Source: Geosiphon pyriformis uo1 (taxonomy: Eukaryota > Fungi > Glomeromycota). From it: a stretch of DNA of 64,000 nucleotides. The notes beneath the pieces are model-generated. The model did no database searches, was not told the DNA's origin, and worked only from the letters and a program-made list of their open reading frames with translations. This document shows positions 50,404 to 61,685 of the stretch, in pieces (position 1 is the first letter of the stretch; each line of letters begins with the position of its first letter). The position numbers and the translations under genes are program-made. Location of the stretch: positions 434,001 through 498,000 of the forward strand of contig JAAOMT010000657.1 of assembly GCA_016748015.1 (NCBI GenBank). Direction: 5' to 3'.

Positions 50404-50703
50404 AATCTGCTTGCTATTTTGAACTTTTATCAACCCAAGAGCCGCAAAATATACTATAAAACCAATAATTTGTTATACTAATAGTGATGACTGTTTTAAA
50501 TCAATTCTAAGTTCAAACTTTTTGAAATACATTTTTATCATTTTTATGGGAAAATGTCAAAATATCAACAAGATCAGATCAGAAAAGGGATTTGCCAATG
50601 TAGTGTGTTAGAGGCGTTTTGAGTTTAAAGGCATTAAAAACCCTAATGCTGGCGACAATTAGCAAAAGTTTTAAGGGGAATAACCTAGGTGTTAATGAAA
50701 ATT

Positions 50704-51581
50704 TCAAATAACAACATCTCCTGTTTTTTCAAGTATTAAACGTGAGCTTTCCCGGATCAATAACAAAAATGGCCCTAATTTCTTGGTATGCTTAAATTCT
50801 TGGTAAAATTGGTACTGATCGTCTGCAACGATATCAGCTAGACGAAGACTTTTTTCCAGATTACTGTGAATGGAAACCCAAGTATGAGATGTAGTCTTTG
50901 TAGCATAAAAGTTTAGGATTCTACCCCTACGTACCCCTGTATGACGTCTCGTGATTCGTATAACATTTTGTGGAATCGAAAAATAATTTCTGGCATATAG
51001 ATGATTCTAAGACGTAAATACACATCTTTTTGTTGATCACCTATTGATATAAATACAGGTCAGCGCAGATTCTTAAAATGAGTCAATCACGTATTAAGTG
51101 TTGATAAATCACCTTCCAGATCCCCCTGCGAGATTTTTGCCATTAGTATATGTCGAAAGGCTTTTTCAACTTTTGATGATTTGTTCTGAAATATTGATTT
51201 AGATTTGAAAGCCATTAAAATATGGTTAGATATTATTAAAAGATTGCTTTCGTTACACTAACCTCAATATCGAGAGTCCAATTTTCTAGTAAGGAAATTT
51301 CGCTGAAAAAGGAAAGAGTGTCAGAGGGAATTTTAATAAGTATTGAAGCATTCACGGAATCATACCTTCTAAGGGGTTTTTGATTCCAAGCTTCATCCCA
51401 CTCTTCGTAAGCTGCGAAGAAATTAAACATGGACTCGTACGATATAAATTCATCTTTTATTGGCTCCTTGGCTTCAGCCACAAACTTTTCCTCATATAGC
51501 AGGTCACTAAGCGCGTCAAAATCTTTTACGATTTCTAAAATCTTTTTCATACCGTTTAGTTTTCCAGATGCTTAGTTATTC

Positions 51582-51630
<49 letters not shown>

Positions 51631-54600
51631 TAATCATTTTCAATGTTTGTCAGAAACATCATTGTATTATATCAGATAAATACCTAAAAGTCGTCTGGAC
51701 AAATCATTAAATTCTTTTAATGCTTTTAGTAAATTTTCTTTTGGAAGAAAAGTAAGCCATTCCAATGTAGATATTTGAAATTGATCAAGCACTTCAATAG
51801 GATTAGATGTGTTGATCAACTTGACACTTGATAATGGAATTGCTTCTGGTTCCTGTAAAAAGGTTTCATTTACCCGAGATGACAGTTTTCTCTCAATAAT
51901 TCAAATAAAAATTAATATCGATACCTCAATCTTGGCTTCTTGGAAAACTATTTCAACAATTCGTATTAATAATTCCGAGACCTCCAATTGAAAATCTTTA
52001 GCTATATCTACATATCTCTCCCTTTGTTCTTTGCTTAGATCCAAAGCTAGGGAAGAAAAGAATTTGTTGAAAAGAGAAGAAAATTGAAACATTTAAAGTC
52101 ACTAAAACCCTTACTTTTTAAGAAATTGGCGTATAAATGAATAGTGCGCTCTCGTGGAAGGTTTACTAAGTACGTCAGAATTAAGTCATACTAAGATGCA
52201 CAAAGTTATTTGAGAGTGGCTCAAACAAAAAATCATTTGTAGACAAATATAAAAATACCTTCTTGAATTTAATCAAAAGATCTACGTATTTTTCAAGAAC
52301 ATAATCAGCTTCCTCAAGTGGAGTAGGATGCAAAACTTCTCTTAAATACAGCACGAGATGAGCCGAAAAGCGAATTATATGAGCATCGAACACCTCACTG
52401 GTATTTCGGTAAAAATGATTATTTAATTATCAAAATATTAAGTTTACCATGAGCTATTTGACCTACCTTAAGGAAATTTTTTCAATTTGGGAATTTAAAT
52501 ATGGTATTATCAAGCTGTATTGATCTAAAATACAAAATTTTTGCACTTGATGGAAAATGAGATGGAGGGGATTATCGATGTGGTCTCTATTTCTATTACG
52601 TCGCACAAAAGATTGATTAATATAAAAAAATCATATCTAAAATGCAAAGAGATAAGTACTTAATCTGAAGGTGTTCTTCTACTCGTTCAAATATCTGGCT
52701 GACATCGAGATCGTCCGCTTCAAACTTCATCTCCAATCCTTCTTCGATATCTGGCCCACGCGAAGGAAACCAACTGAGATACTAAAAACAAATTGAAAAT
52801 TCCTTCAGCAGTGATTCTCAAAGGGTGAAAATAAATAAAGTTACCTTCTGCCGTTCTCGCTCAACTAATTCCACATAATAGGCCCATAAAAAATCTTCCC
52901 ATTTGTCGCACAGAGGAATGATCTTGCCATTTAATCAAATGCCAATTGGTTGTTAGTTAAAAACAATATTCGTGAAATTATCGCTAAAACCTTGTAGCTT
53001 TGGTCCAAAATGTGTAATTTTCGATAAAAAACTCATCCCCAATTAGAATCCTCGCGCAAACGACCCCCTTACAAATTGTGAAACATGATTACATTTGTAG
53101 AATCACCACATAAAACAGCATATGCACCTCTTTCGTAAATGTTGAGGCTGGGCTAGTATAAAGAATGTTAATTTAATTTGAAACACAAACAAATTTGTTG
53201 AAAAGTTGAAAAATTACCTCTTTTGCTAGTTGATAGCAAGTGGCACGCCACAACCGTCTAGCTATATTGCCTCTATGAGGATTTTCATATCTATCCAAAA
53301 TATTGTTTTCTGTATGTAGAATGCTCGCCTTGAGTGACTAAGTGAGTATTCAAACCTGAAAATTAAATTGAAAAGTTACCATCGGTAGTATCTTTATGAG
53401 GGCACCAGCCAGCTAGGCTTGCAGCTCGCCAGTGATGTCCATTTTGAAGACATAGATCAATTGACATATTCAAATTTCCCCTCCTTAAATATTCAAATAT
53501 TGATCGAATCAATTCCTTTTCATGAGACTGTAAAGAAGTTTTGAACGAATGTTTTAGTTCAATTAGGCAAATTATATCAACATTTTATGATTGATACAAA
53601 TATTACGCACTTCATCATTTTGATGCAAACGTTTGAATTGTCGATGTGGTGCATCTGGATCAAGCTCATCAACAATATCATCAAAAGTTTTTATTTTACC
53701 TCTTTCGAGGTCTTTCAAAGTGTATGGCCAATAATAGGAGGTTGTTTCAACGGCAACGAATGGTGGTGCAACCCCTTGTAGCCAATCAAGTACAAGCTGT
53801 AAATAGAGGAAAACCATGAAAATCAATGATAACCATCACTAATAAATCGGCACAATATTAAGACTAACCGACAATTCCCCAAATTGCTTATCAGTTATCT
53901 CTTGTTGTTCAAGCAACTGGCCTTCCTTAGCAAAATTGTCAGTTGTTTCAATTATATCATCCTTCTCCTTAACAGATGCCTCGAAAAAATTCCGATGACT
54001 TGAGACAAAAACTTTCACTTCGTATTAATCATAATTGAGGAAATTAAAATTAATATGAATAACATGAATGAAATCATTTTTACCTTTGTAATTGAAAAAT
54101 TAATTTCCATGTGTTTCGTTCAGCCTCGAACAGGGCATAGCATCCCCGTGTTTCGTTATTATCAAAAATCCCATTGTATCTTTGAATCTCAAGGTCTGAT
54201 AATCTATTTAAAGCGATAAATGCTTGATGAACGCGTATATAAAGAGATTCGAAAAAACCAAAAAAAATAACCAACACTTCTTCAGTAAGTTTTGTATATT
54301 TTTCAGCAATAATCGCCGCTTCATGATCATTTTCGGTTGTCCCAAGAGTGGCAGCAAAAATTTCAAGGGCCTCGGCAAAGGTGCACTGCCTATCTTGGTT
54401 TTGAGAGAAGATATTGGAAGGTTACGAATACTTTATTTTTGAAATTAATATGTAAAAATTGATCCTTGAAAAAACAGCTACCATATGATAGAGAGGGTTG
54501 TCTTGTTCCTTCCTTTCAAAATATGAAAGATTAAAATATCTGAACAAGAATAAATAATTCAAAGCTCAGGAGAACTTGATAATTAATACCGATTCAACGG

Positions 54601-54757
54601 AGGAATCCCTGAAAAAAGGTTGCTGTATTCTCGCAGTTGAGTTTCCACTAACGGGTGTCCCGAAGAAGCGAGAAACAGGAGTATGAAGACTTTGCTGTTG
54701 TGTGAAGCGTAACGGAGTATCAATTGTAGATTTTAAATTAAGATTAGTTTGTGACAT
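50704..54757 (-). CDS. NUP84: Nucleoporin Nup84/Nup107, multi-exon (start codon uncertain)
   Basis: Exons encode ELDPDAPHRQ, GHHWRAASL, GNIARRLWRATC, YERGAYAVLCGD, CDKWEDFLWAY, IRFSAHLVLYL and YMPEIIFRFH. Stop TGA at 50704-50706. Confidence 0.88.
51584..51627. repeat. A44 homopolymer (T44 in the sense of a NUP84 intron)
   Basis: Direct count of the run. Confidence 0.9.
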
Positions 54758-54996
54758 TTTTGTTGTAGATTTGGCCACCGCGTCTTGTGCCAAGCTAGAA
54801 TCGCGCAAAATGTATAATTTATATGTGATAAACTTTATCTTATACTAAAATATTTTAATGAACAATGAGATGCCGTTGTTCAATCAAAAATAATCTCGAA
54901 TCTCTGATGATCTAATTGGGGGCTTTGTTTAAATGGTCAAATTCTCACACAAATTTAGGCCTCACCGAGAAATAAAATACGACTAGTTCGTCGACA
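54758..54996. promoter_or_regulatory. Short divergent intergenic region, probable bidirectional promoter of NUP84/VMA5
   Basis: Head-to-head start codons about 240 bp apart. Confidence 0.5.
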
Positions 54997-57062
54997 ATGC
55001 CTGCGAATGTTGTTTATTGGTTTATTTCTGGTATTTTTTTGTATGATATACCACATAACCTTGTCCCGAAAAACATTTCCACTTCCCTAACCTTTATAGA
55101 CTCGTCTTTGATGCAGTTCCCGCCGAAAATAAAAAAAGCGTAGTTTTTCAAAACTTGAAGACCAAACTTTCCGGCCCGACAAACGACTATGCTGAAGTCT
55201 TTCAGTTTATTATACCCGAATTAAAGGTAGTTGGTGATGCCTGAGCAAATTTGGTCTGACGAGACTGGCAATCAAAGGCTGTAATTTTTTTTTGATTTTT
55301 TTCTTTAGATTGGTACGCTTGATGGGTTGGTTACAATTTCCGATGAACTTGTGAAATATGACCAAGCTTTTGAGGCGACCAATCTGAAGATTTTGGATAT
55401 TCTACGGAATTTGTTAAATGCGGATAAAGATCAGATTAGGGCACATTTAGTGGTGAATGAGAGTATGTAAAATTATCAACTTTTGGTTAATTATTTTTTT
55501 CCTTCAATCCAACATACTCACCCCAGTCTCAAACGTTTTTTTCCAATGAATTAAAATTATAATTGAGGGAAAATAACTAGAATGAATTATAATTTAATGG
55601 TTTTCATTAACAAATCATTCGAAATTTACTTGTTATCATAGAAAGCATTGATCAATACCTCAAAACCTTTCAATGGAATACACAGAAATATCGTGGTGAC
55701 AAGTCCTTGCAAGAAATAGTCCAGGCCCTTAATCAAGCAAGCTTCAGATTACTAGAAATTTGATATTGTTGAAAATACATGTATTTTCGATACTAAGATC
55801 ATCATTTTGCAGGAAGTGTCATCAATTGACGCCCTGATGAAAGCTAAATTAGCCAATTATAATCAAGTAAAGGGAAATCTTCAGGCTTTGAAACGAACAC
55901 AAAGGTAATATTTTGAAAACCTTATTCCTTCTTCAATATTCCAATTTCATCAGTTATCATAAATATGATATATTTCATTTAAAGTGGTAATTTGGCGGTT
56001 CGAGATATCACCGATGTTGTAAGAAAAGAACACTTTGTATTAAATTCAGAATACCTGGAAACATTGCTTGTCGCTGTCCCGAGGTAAGTTTTCATTAATT
56101 CGACATAACTTTGTTCATTCCAATTGAAGTGTTCTATATTTGTGGCATATCAGGAATCTTTATAGAGCATGGTATGGTAAATATGAAAAACTTACACCAA
56201 TGGTCGTGCCACGTTCCTCAATGTAAGCTTTGAAATCTTCAAAAAAAAAATTTATTTCATACTTTCCCGAGATTTACTTAAGCCTGAGTCGTAATTAAGC
56301 AAAATTAAAGAAGACGATGAATATGGATTATTCACGGTCACTCTTTTCAAACGCGTAGTGGAGGATTTCGTGCATAAATGCCGTGAAGAAAAGTAAAAGT
56401 TCGTTCATGAGAAGTTAGATTTTGATATATTTATATATCACTAAATTTTTCACATACTCCTTGGTCCTTTTTGCAATAATTTCTCCAGATTTATCTACAA
56501 AGATTTTAAATATGACGAGGGTGAAATTGAAAACCATCGTAAACAGTTACAAGAAATTGGCGAGACTGAGAAGGAGTTATCAGTAAGCTAAAAATTGCAT
56601 GCAATATTGCTAGATGACACACCACAAGTTCCTTTATTTCCCAGAATGAATATGATGAAATTTTACATTCAAAAAGTCGACATTGTTAAGGCTGGCGAGA
56701 ACAAATTTCGGTGAAGTTTTTTCCTCTTGGATTCATTTAAAGGCATTAAGGGTCTACGTAGAATCGGTCTTAAGATATGGGCTGCCGCCTGATTTTATGT
56801 CCGCTATAATAAAGGTATGCCTCATCTGAACTTTATACGAAATATTTTTCCAGATACAATTCTGATTTTTATATTTTAGCCAAAACCTAAACTTGAGAAT
56901 AAAGTACGTGACATATTGCACGCAGAGTACGGAAAGCTCGGCGGATCTATGGGAAGTGAATCACAAAAAGAAGAGCACATGGAAGAATTTCATAATTTGG
57001 TCGATAAGGACTATTATCCATATGTTTGGTTTCAAGTCCATTTCGAGATAGGTAGAGGATAG
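54997..57062 (+). CDS. VMA5: V-type H+-ATPase V1 subunit C, many short exons
   Basis: [11 protein letters not shown]; [22 protein letters not shown]; FQWNTQKYR; [12 protein letters not shown]; [12 protein letters not shown]; [23 protein letters not shown]. Stop TAG at 57060-57062. Confidence 0.93.
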
Positions 57063-57457
57063 GTTCGAACCTTACTTTCTATATGATTAGAGTTCACACC
57101 ACTTGGGATGCTTCTGAAAGGGGAAAGCAGATTCATTGACACTGATGGAGTAGTTGGCGCTCAACAATACCTAGATTATTTTGAGTAATTGTTATAACTT
57201 AAATTTATTTTTTGTCCTACAAACATTCATCATTTGAGTGCTGTTTCTACTAATTCCAAAACGGGGATTCGTGGTAAAAATGTTTCATTGACGTCCTGCA
57301 AGAAATCAGTTATTTCACTTTTGCGATCTCACAAAACTCGCTCAATTGAGATTAATACATATTTTTTAATTGTAAATAACTTGATTTCGGATGAATCATG
57401 ATTAGTTCGCTTGATTCATAATAGTCAAGCAATCTCTATCCGAGGTCGTATCGATTG

Positions 57458-60400
57458 TTACCATAACTCGATTTTTTTTTCAAAGGCTTTTTTGTCCCGT
57501 TTTTCAAAATATTCGCCTTTATAAACCCATTCACCGTTCACTAATTTGAACCATTGTGGCTCCCATTCCTCACCGTTCTTTTCTAATTGTTTACGGAAAT
57601 CGCGCTGTTTCTGTTCAATGCGTAGCTTTTCTTTTTCCGCTTCTTCGACTTTTCCTTGCTCAAACAAACGTTGATCTGGCCGAAACCGCGTATCAGTATT
57701 TGGCAAGAACTCTACAATGTCTGGTGTGATTTCATTCAATTCAACAGCGAATTGGGTAAATCCATAATATTCTTCATAATCAGGAATCGGGGGATTTGCC
57801 TTCCAAATCACTTCTAGTTGATTTGGTCCAATTTCGTGAAAAATTGATTCATTCCAACGTCCGTTCAAATTTCCGGCCTTCTTACCGTTGGCAGAAAGTA
57901 ATTTACCAACAATTTCATTTTGTGGCCCACTGCTAAAGAATCCACTTTGATTAAAAGTAATTTCGCAAGCCTCCCCATTACTTTGATTCTGAACACGCAT
58001 TACCCCAGTATGTTCAAGATATTTATTAGCAGAGATCATATTGCGCATCCAGGTGGAAAGTTTATTAAAGGTGAAATGATCATCATATTTCTGAATTATA
58101 ACATGTACTGTTCCAGAAGGTATTAATTCCTGTTCAAATTAAAACAAATATCAATTGTATACTGTGTTCTCGTCCATCAAAATGACCAAAAATGAGCATC
58201 TCGATTTACCATGGATTTTCCTGGAAAAAAATTATTGAGATAAGCATCAGTCTGTAATCATTACTACTTTACTAACTTGAAGATAAAATAGCTGACAGAA
58301 TCATATTACCCCAGAATTTGGTTTTAATCTTCGAATCTTGCCAAAATGTCCAATTTGGTGAATCGGCATGACACTATAATTTTGTTCATTGCTTCGTGTA
58401 TAAATAAGTTTATTCTGATTTTATTGCAACCCCCTTTGAAATATTCTTTTATTACTTACGGCCATAATCGGCGGATAATGGCTAACTTTCTCAGCAATAA
58501 ACTTGAAACCTGAATGAAATTAGGGATCAAACAAATATGATCATCCATTAATGGGAAAAATGATCAAAAGAGTTTTTTGACAGACCTTTATCAGATCGGA
58601 CATACTCATATGTTTCACCATGTAGTGGATTAAAAGGTTTTCGACCCGCTCGATGTTGGGTCGATGCATATGCCGATATCGCGAATGCTGATACATACAT
58701 TAATCGTTTCAATGAAGAATCGGTTTCAGCCGCTTTGTCTAAAAGGTCACTATATTCCAGTTCTTCAGCCATCCTCTGCAAAAGATTGAGAGGCTCATTG
58801 AGGGAAATAGGCATTGCAATGGTTGCCAAGTCTTTGCCAACATTTTTACGAAGAATTGACAATAGACTGATATCATCTCCACATATCGGCGAAGGTAATT
58901 GCTTTCTTCTACGAAAACTGATTGTCCGTGTAAGGGCGTGATCTTCTAGTGTTGGGCTAGGAATTTCAATTTCTTCGGTGAAATCAGTCACTTTTACTAT
59001 TTCTTCTTCGCTTTCCTCGTCAATTACCTGAATGTTAGCAGCATCAGCATCAGCATCACTATCTCCATCGCTTACAGAGTTTGGCCCTAATATTATATCC
59101 TCTGCATCAAAAAAGACCTCGGATGCTGTACCCAATGAGGTCAGAGACTCGGCTCGGTCAATAATTTCATCGTGGGTTTCAATTGCCATTGAATTTTCAT
59201 TCAATTCAGTATTCTGTGCCAAATTAACTTGTATTTTTTCATTTGATTGTTTTGAACTTAAAGATTCTTTTCGAGCATTCTCTTTTTCAGAAAGTAAGCT
59301 CCGATATGCTGCATCCATTCTTTTCCACTTTTCTGCTTCTGTTCGCAATATTTCCAGAGCCTTCTCTTTATCTGCTTTTAAGGAATTGAATGAGGCATAT
59401 AATTTCTCGTAAATTTGTTCATAGGTCATACTAAAAAAATTAGGTGACAATGTTGGATTGGTTTCAGGCTGCAGTGTTGGAATCGAGTTCGCTGGTTATC
59501 CATCAAAGAGTTCAAATAGAGTTAATTAAAGTATCAAGGTAGCAAGATACTGAGAAAAGGCACAAACCTTTTTGTAGTGATATAGGAAACTTTTTTAATC
59601 GAAATTTCCCGTCCTGATTTAAATTTAGACGTGGTTGAGGATTAGGTGAAGGGGGAGGCTCAGTAGTAGCAGTTTTGAGTAGTTCTAAATATTCTTGAAC
59701 AGTTCGAAACCCGTGGTCCATATTACTAAACGCCGCATATATCTTGTTTAGTTCATCGTCATTTTCAACCCGACCTAGTCGAAAAAGGTTGAGCGAGTCT
59801 CCTCTAATTAGACTTTGACGTTTATAAACACTTGAACGTCTACTTAGATCCATAGATTGACGAGGAGAGGTAAGTGTGTTTGTATAATCAGGGTCAGTAA
59901 GTTGACGTTCTTTTGATTGCTGAACATATTTTCTGATAACTGCAATCCAACTATCAAAATCCTCATTCGTAAGCGCCTTTAACTGATAAGTGGCCGTACC
60001 AGAATCCATATTTATTGAGCGAGAAGATTGACTCGACGAAACTGCGGACAGCCCAATGTGAATTGTTCCACGACAAGGGGCTTCAGGATATTGATAATAT
60101 GACATCACCCCATTGCTAATCTGAAACCAACGCTTAGCCCATCCTAATGTGATGCAGCAGAAGGAGTTTAGACATTTTAGGGATGTTCAAAGGCTGAAAA
60201 TTACTTACCCTGCATCTTTTTTCTTTTCTTTTTCAAGAGCCATCCAGAGATTTCCGGTTGACATTGAGGTTCTTCATCATTTGGTCCTAAATAATGTAAT
60301 GATTTGGTTATGAATACTGGCCATTTATTTTGGAAATTCAATTGTTACTTACCGTCTTTTAATACCACGCAGAAGGTTATAAGCTTTGATGTATTACGAG

Positions 60401-61066
60401 AAAAAGAATTGTCTATTCTTGACAGAAGACGATCTATATTAGAGCCACATGATTTCAGTTGAGAGAAACTTTATATCACCTACCGAAATATAAGCAGTAC
60501 GTTCCCTCTTCTTCAACTTGATAACTACCCTTGATGGTAGCACTGGCAGAATTATAATGCTTAATTGGTAACAATTCTTTCAGATCTGGATCTTTAAGTT
60601 GGGGAGATGTCAACTTTTTCCGACTATTTCTCGCGGAACTATTTTGGGAATTAATTGAAGTGGTACTATGATCTGGCAATAGAAGCCCGATTTGTGAGCT
60701 ACCCTGTTCTTCTTCATTTTCCTCGATATCAAGAGTATCAAAAGAAGCTCTGCTAACAGCACTGGTAAGGCTGTGTAAGCTTGTCCTGCCAGACTTGCCG
60801 GAAGGAGGAGGAGGAGGAGGAGGAGGAGGAGGAGATGACCTATGTAGTGAAAGGGGAGATAAGAGTGTTTCACTTGAAGACCCAGTTGTCGAATTGTTTG
60901 GTGCAGTTAAAATATTGGAATTGATTGGGGTCGGGATTGTTTTTTGAAATAAGCCGAAAGAAATGTTTTTCTTTTTTGTGGAAAACGACCAAGAAATATT
61001 TTTTCCTTGGGTAACATATAGATAATGGATGAAACAATCTCTCGGAGACACCTCGACTTCTTGCAT
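57458..61066 (-). CDS. OSH3: Oxysterol-binding protein homologue, Osh3 type (GOLD-PH-ORD), multi-exon
   Basis: GOLD-like N-terminus (WSFSTKKKNISFGLF), PH domain (GWLLKRKRKKMQGWAKRWF), FFAT-like EVFFDAED, ORD motifs (KPFNPLHGETYE, EKVSHYPP, LPNTDTRFRPDQR). Confidence 0.9.
60803..60833. repeat. (GGA)n microsatellite encoding a poly-Pro run in OSH3
   Basis: About 10 GGA units, read as SSPPPPPPPPPPS. Confidence 0.85.
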
Positions 61067-61685
61067 CTTCACAAGCTACGAGTGGGTGGATCTGGAAAGA
61101 GTAAAAAGAGAACGAAAAGTGGAGGTTACAAATAAGTATGTTGTAATGGGTAACCAACCTGCAAAATTTGTGTCGCCAGATCAGTGGAAATTAACTGCTT
61201 AAGAGCTTGACGTTTGATTGGTTCCTTGCATCAGTGATTAGCTGAAAATCCCAAAATCGATTTGATTTACCATTTTTTGAAATTCTAAATTTAGCTTTAT
61301 TATAAATCCTAAACCAACATTAATAAAAATTCATTTTTTCTAATTAACCAATGGTAAAATCATTCTTAATCTCAATATATTATACTACTAATTTTTATCA
61401 ATTTTATTTTACATTATTATTATATATAAAAATTAATTTGATTTAAAAATCTTCAAGGTGAATTTATATATAAAAACATTCTTGAGATTTTTATATGTAA
61501 ATTTTGATTATAAAAAAATTGCTAAATAACAAAAATAATATTTTTAAAAATAACATTAAAATGTAATAAAAAAAATCTAGTTATTTTTTGTATAATGTTT
61601 AAACAATTAAATAAAATCAATCAATTGGAGAAAGCCAATGACCAGAAATTAATTTAAACCATATCAAAATGCGAAAATTCATATT

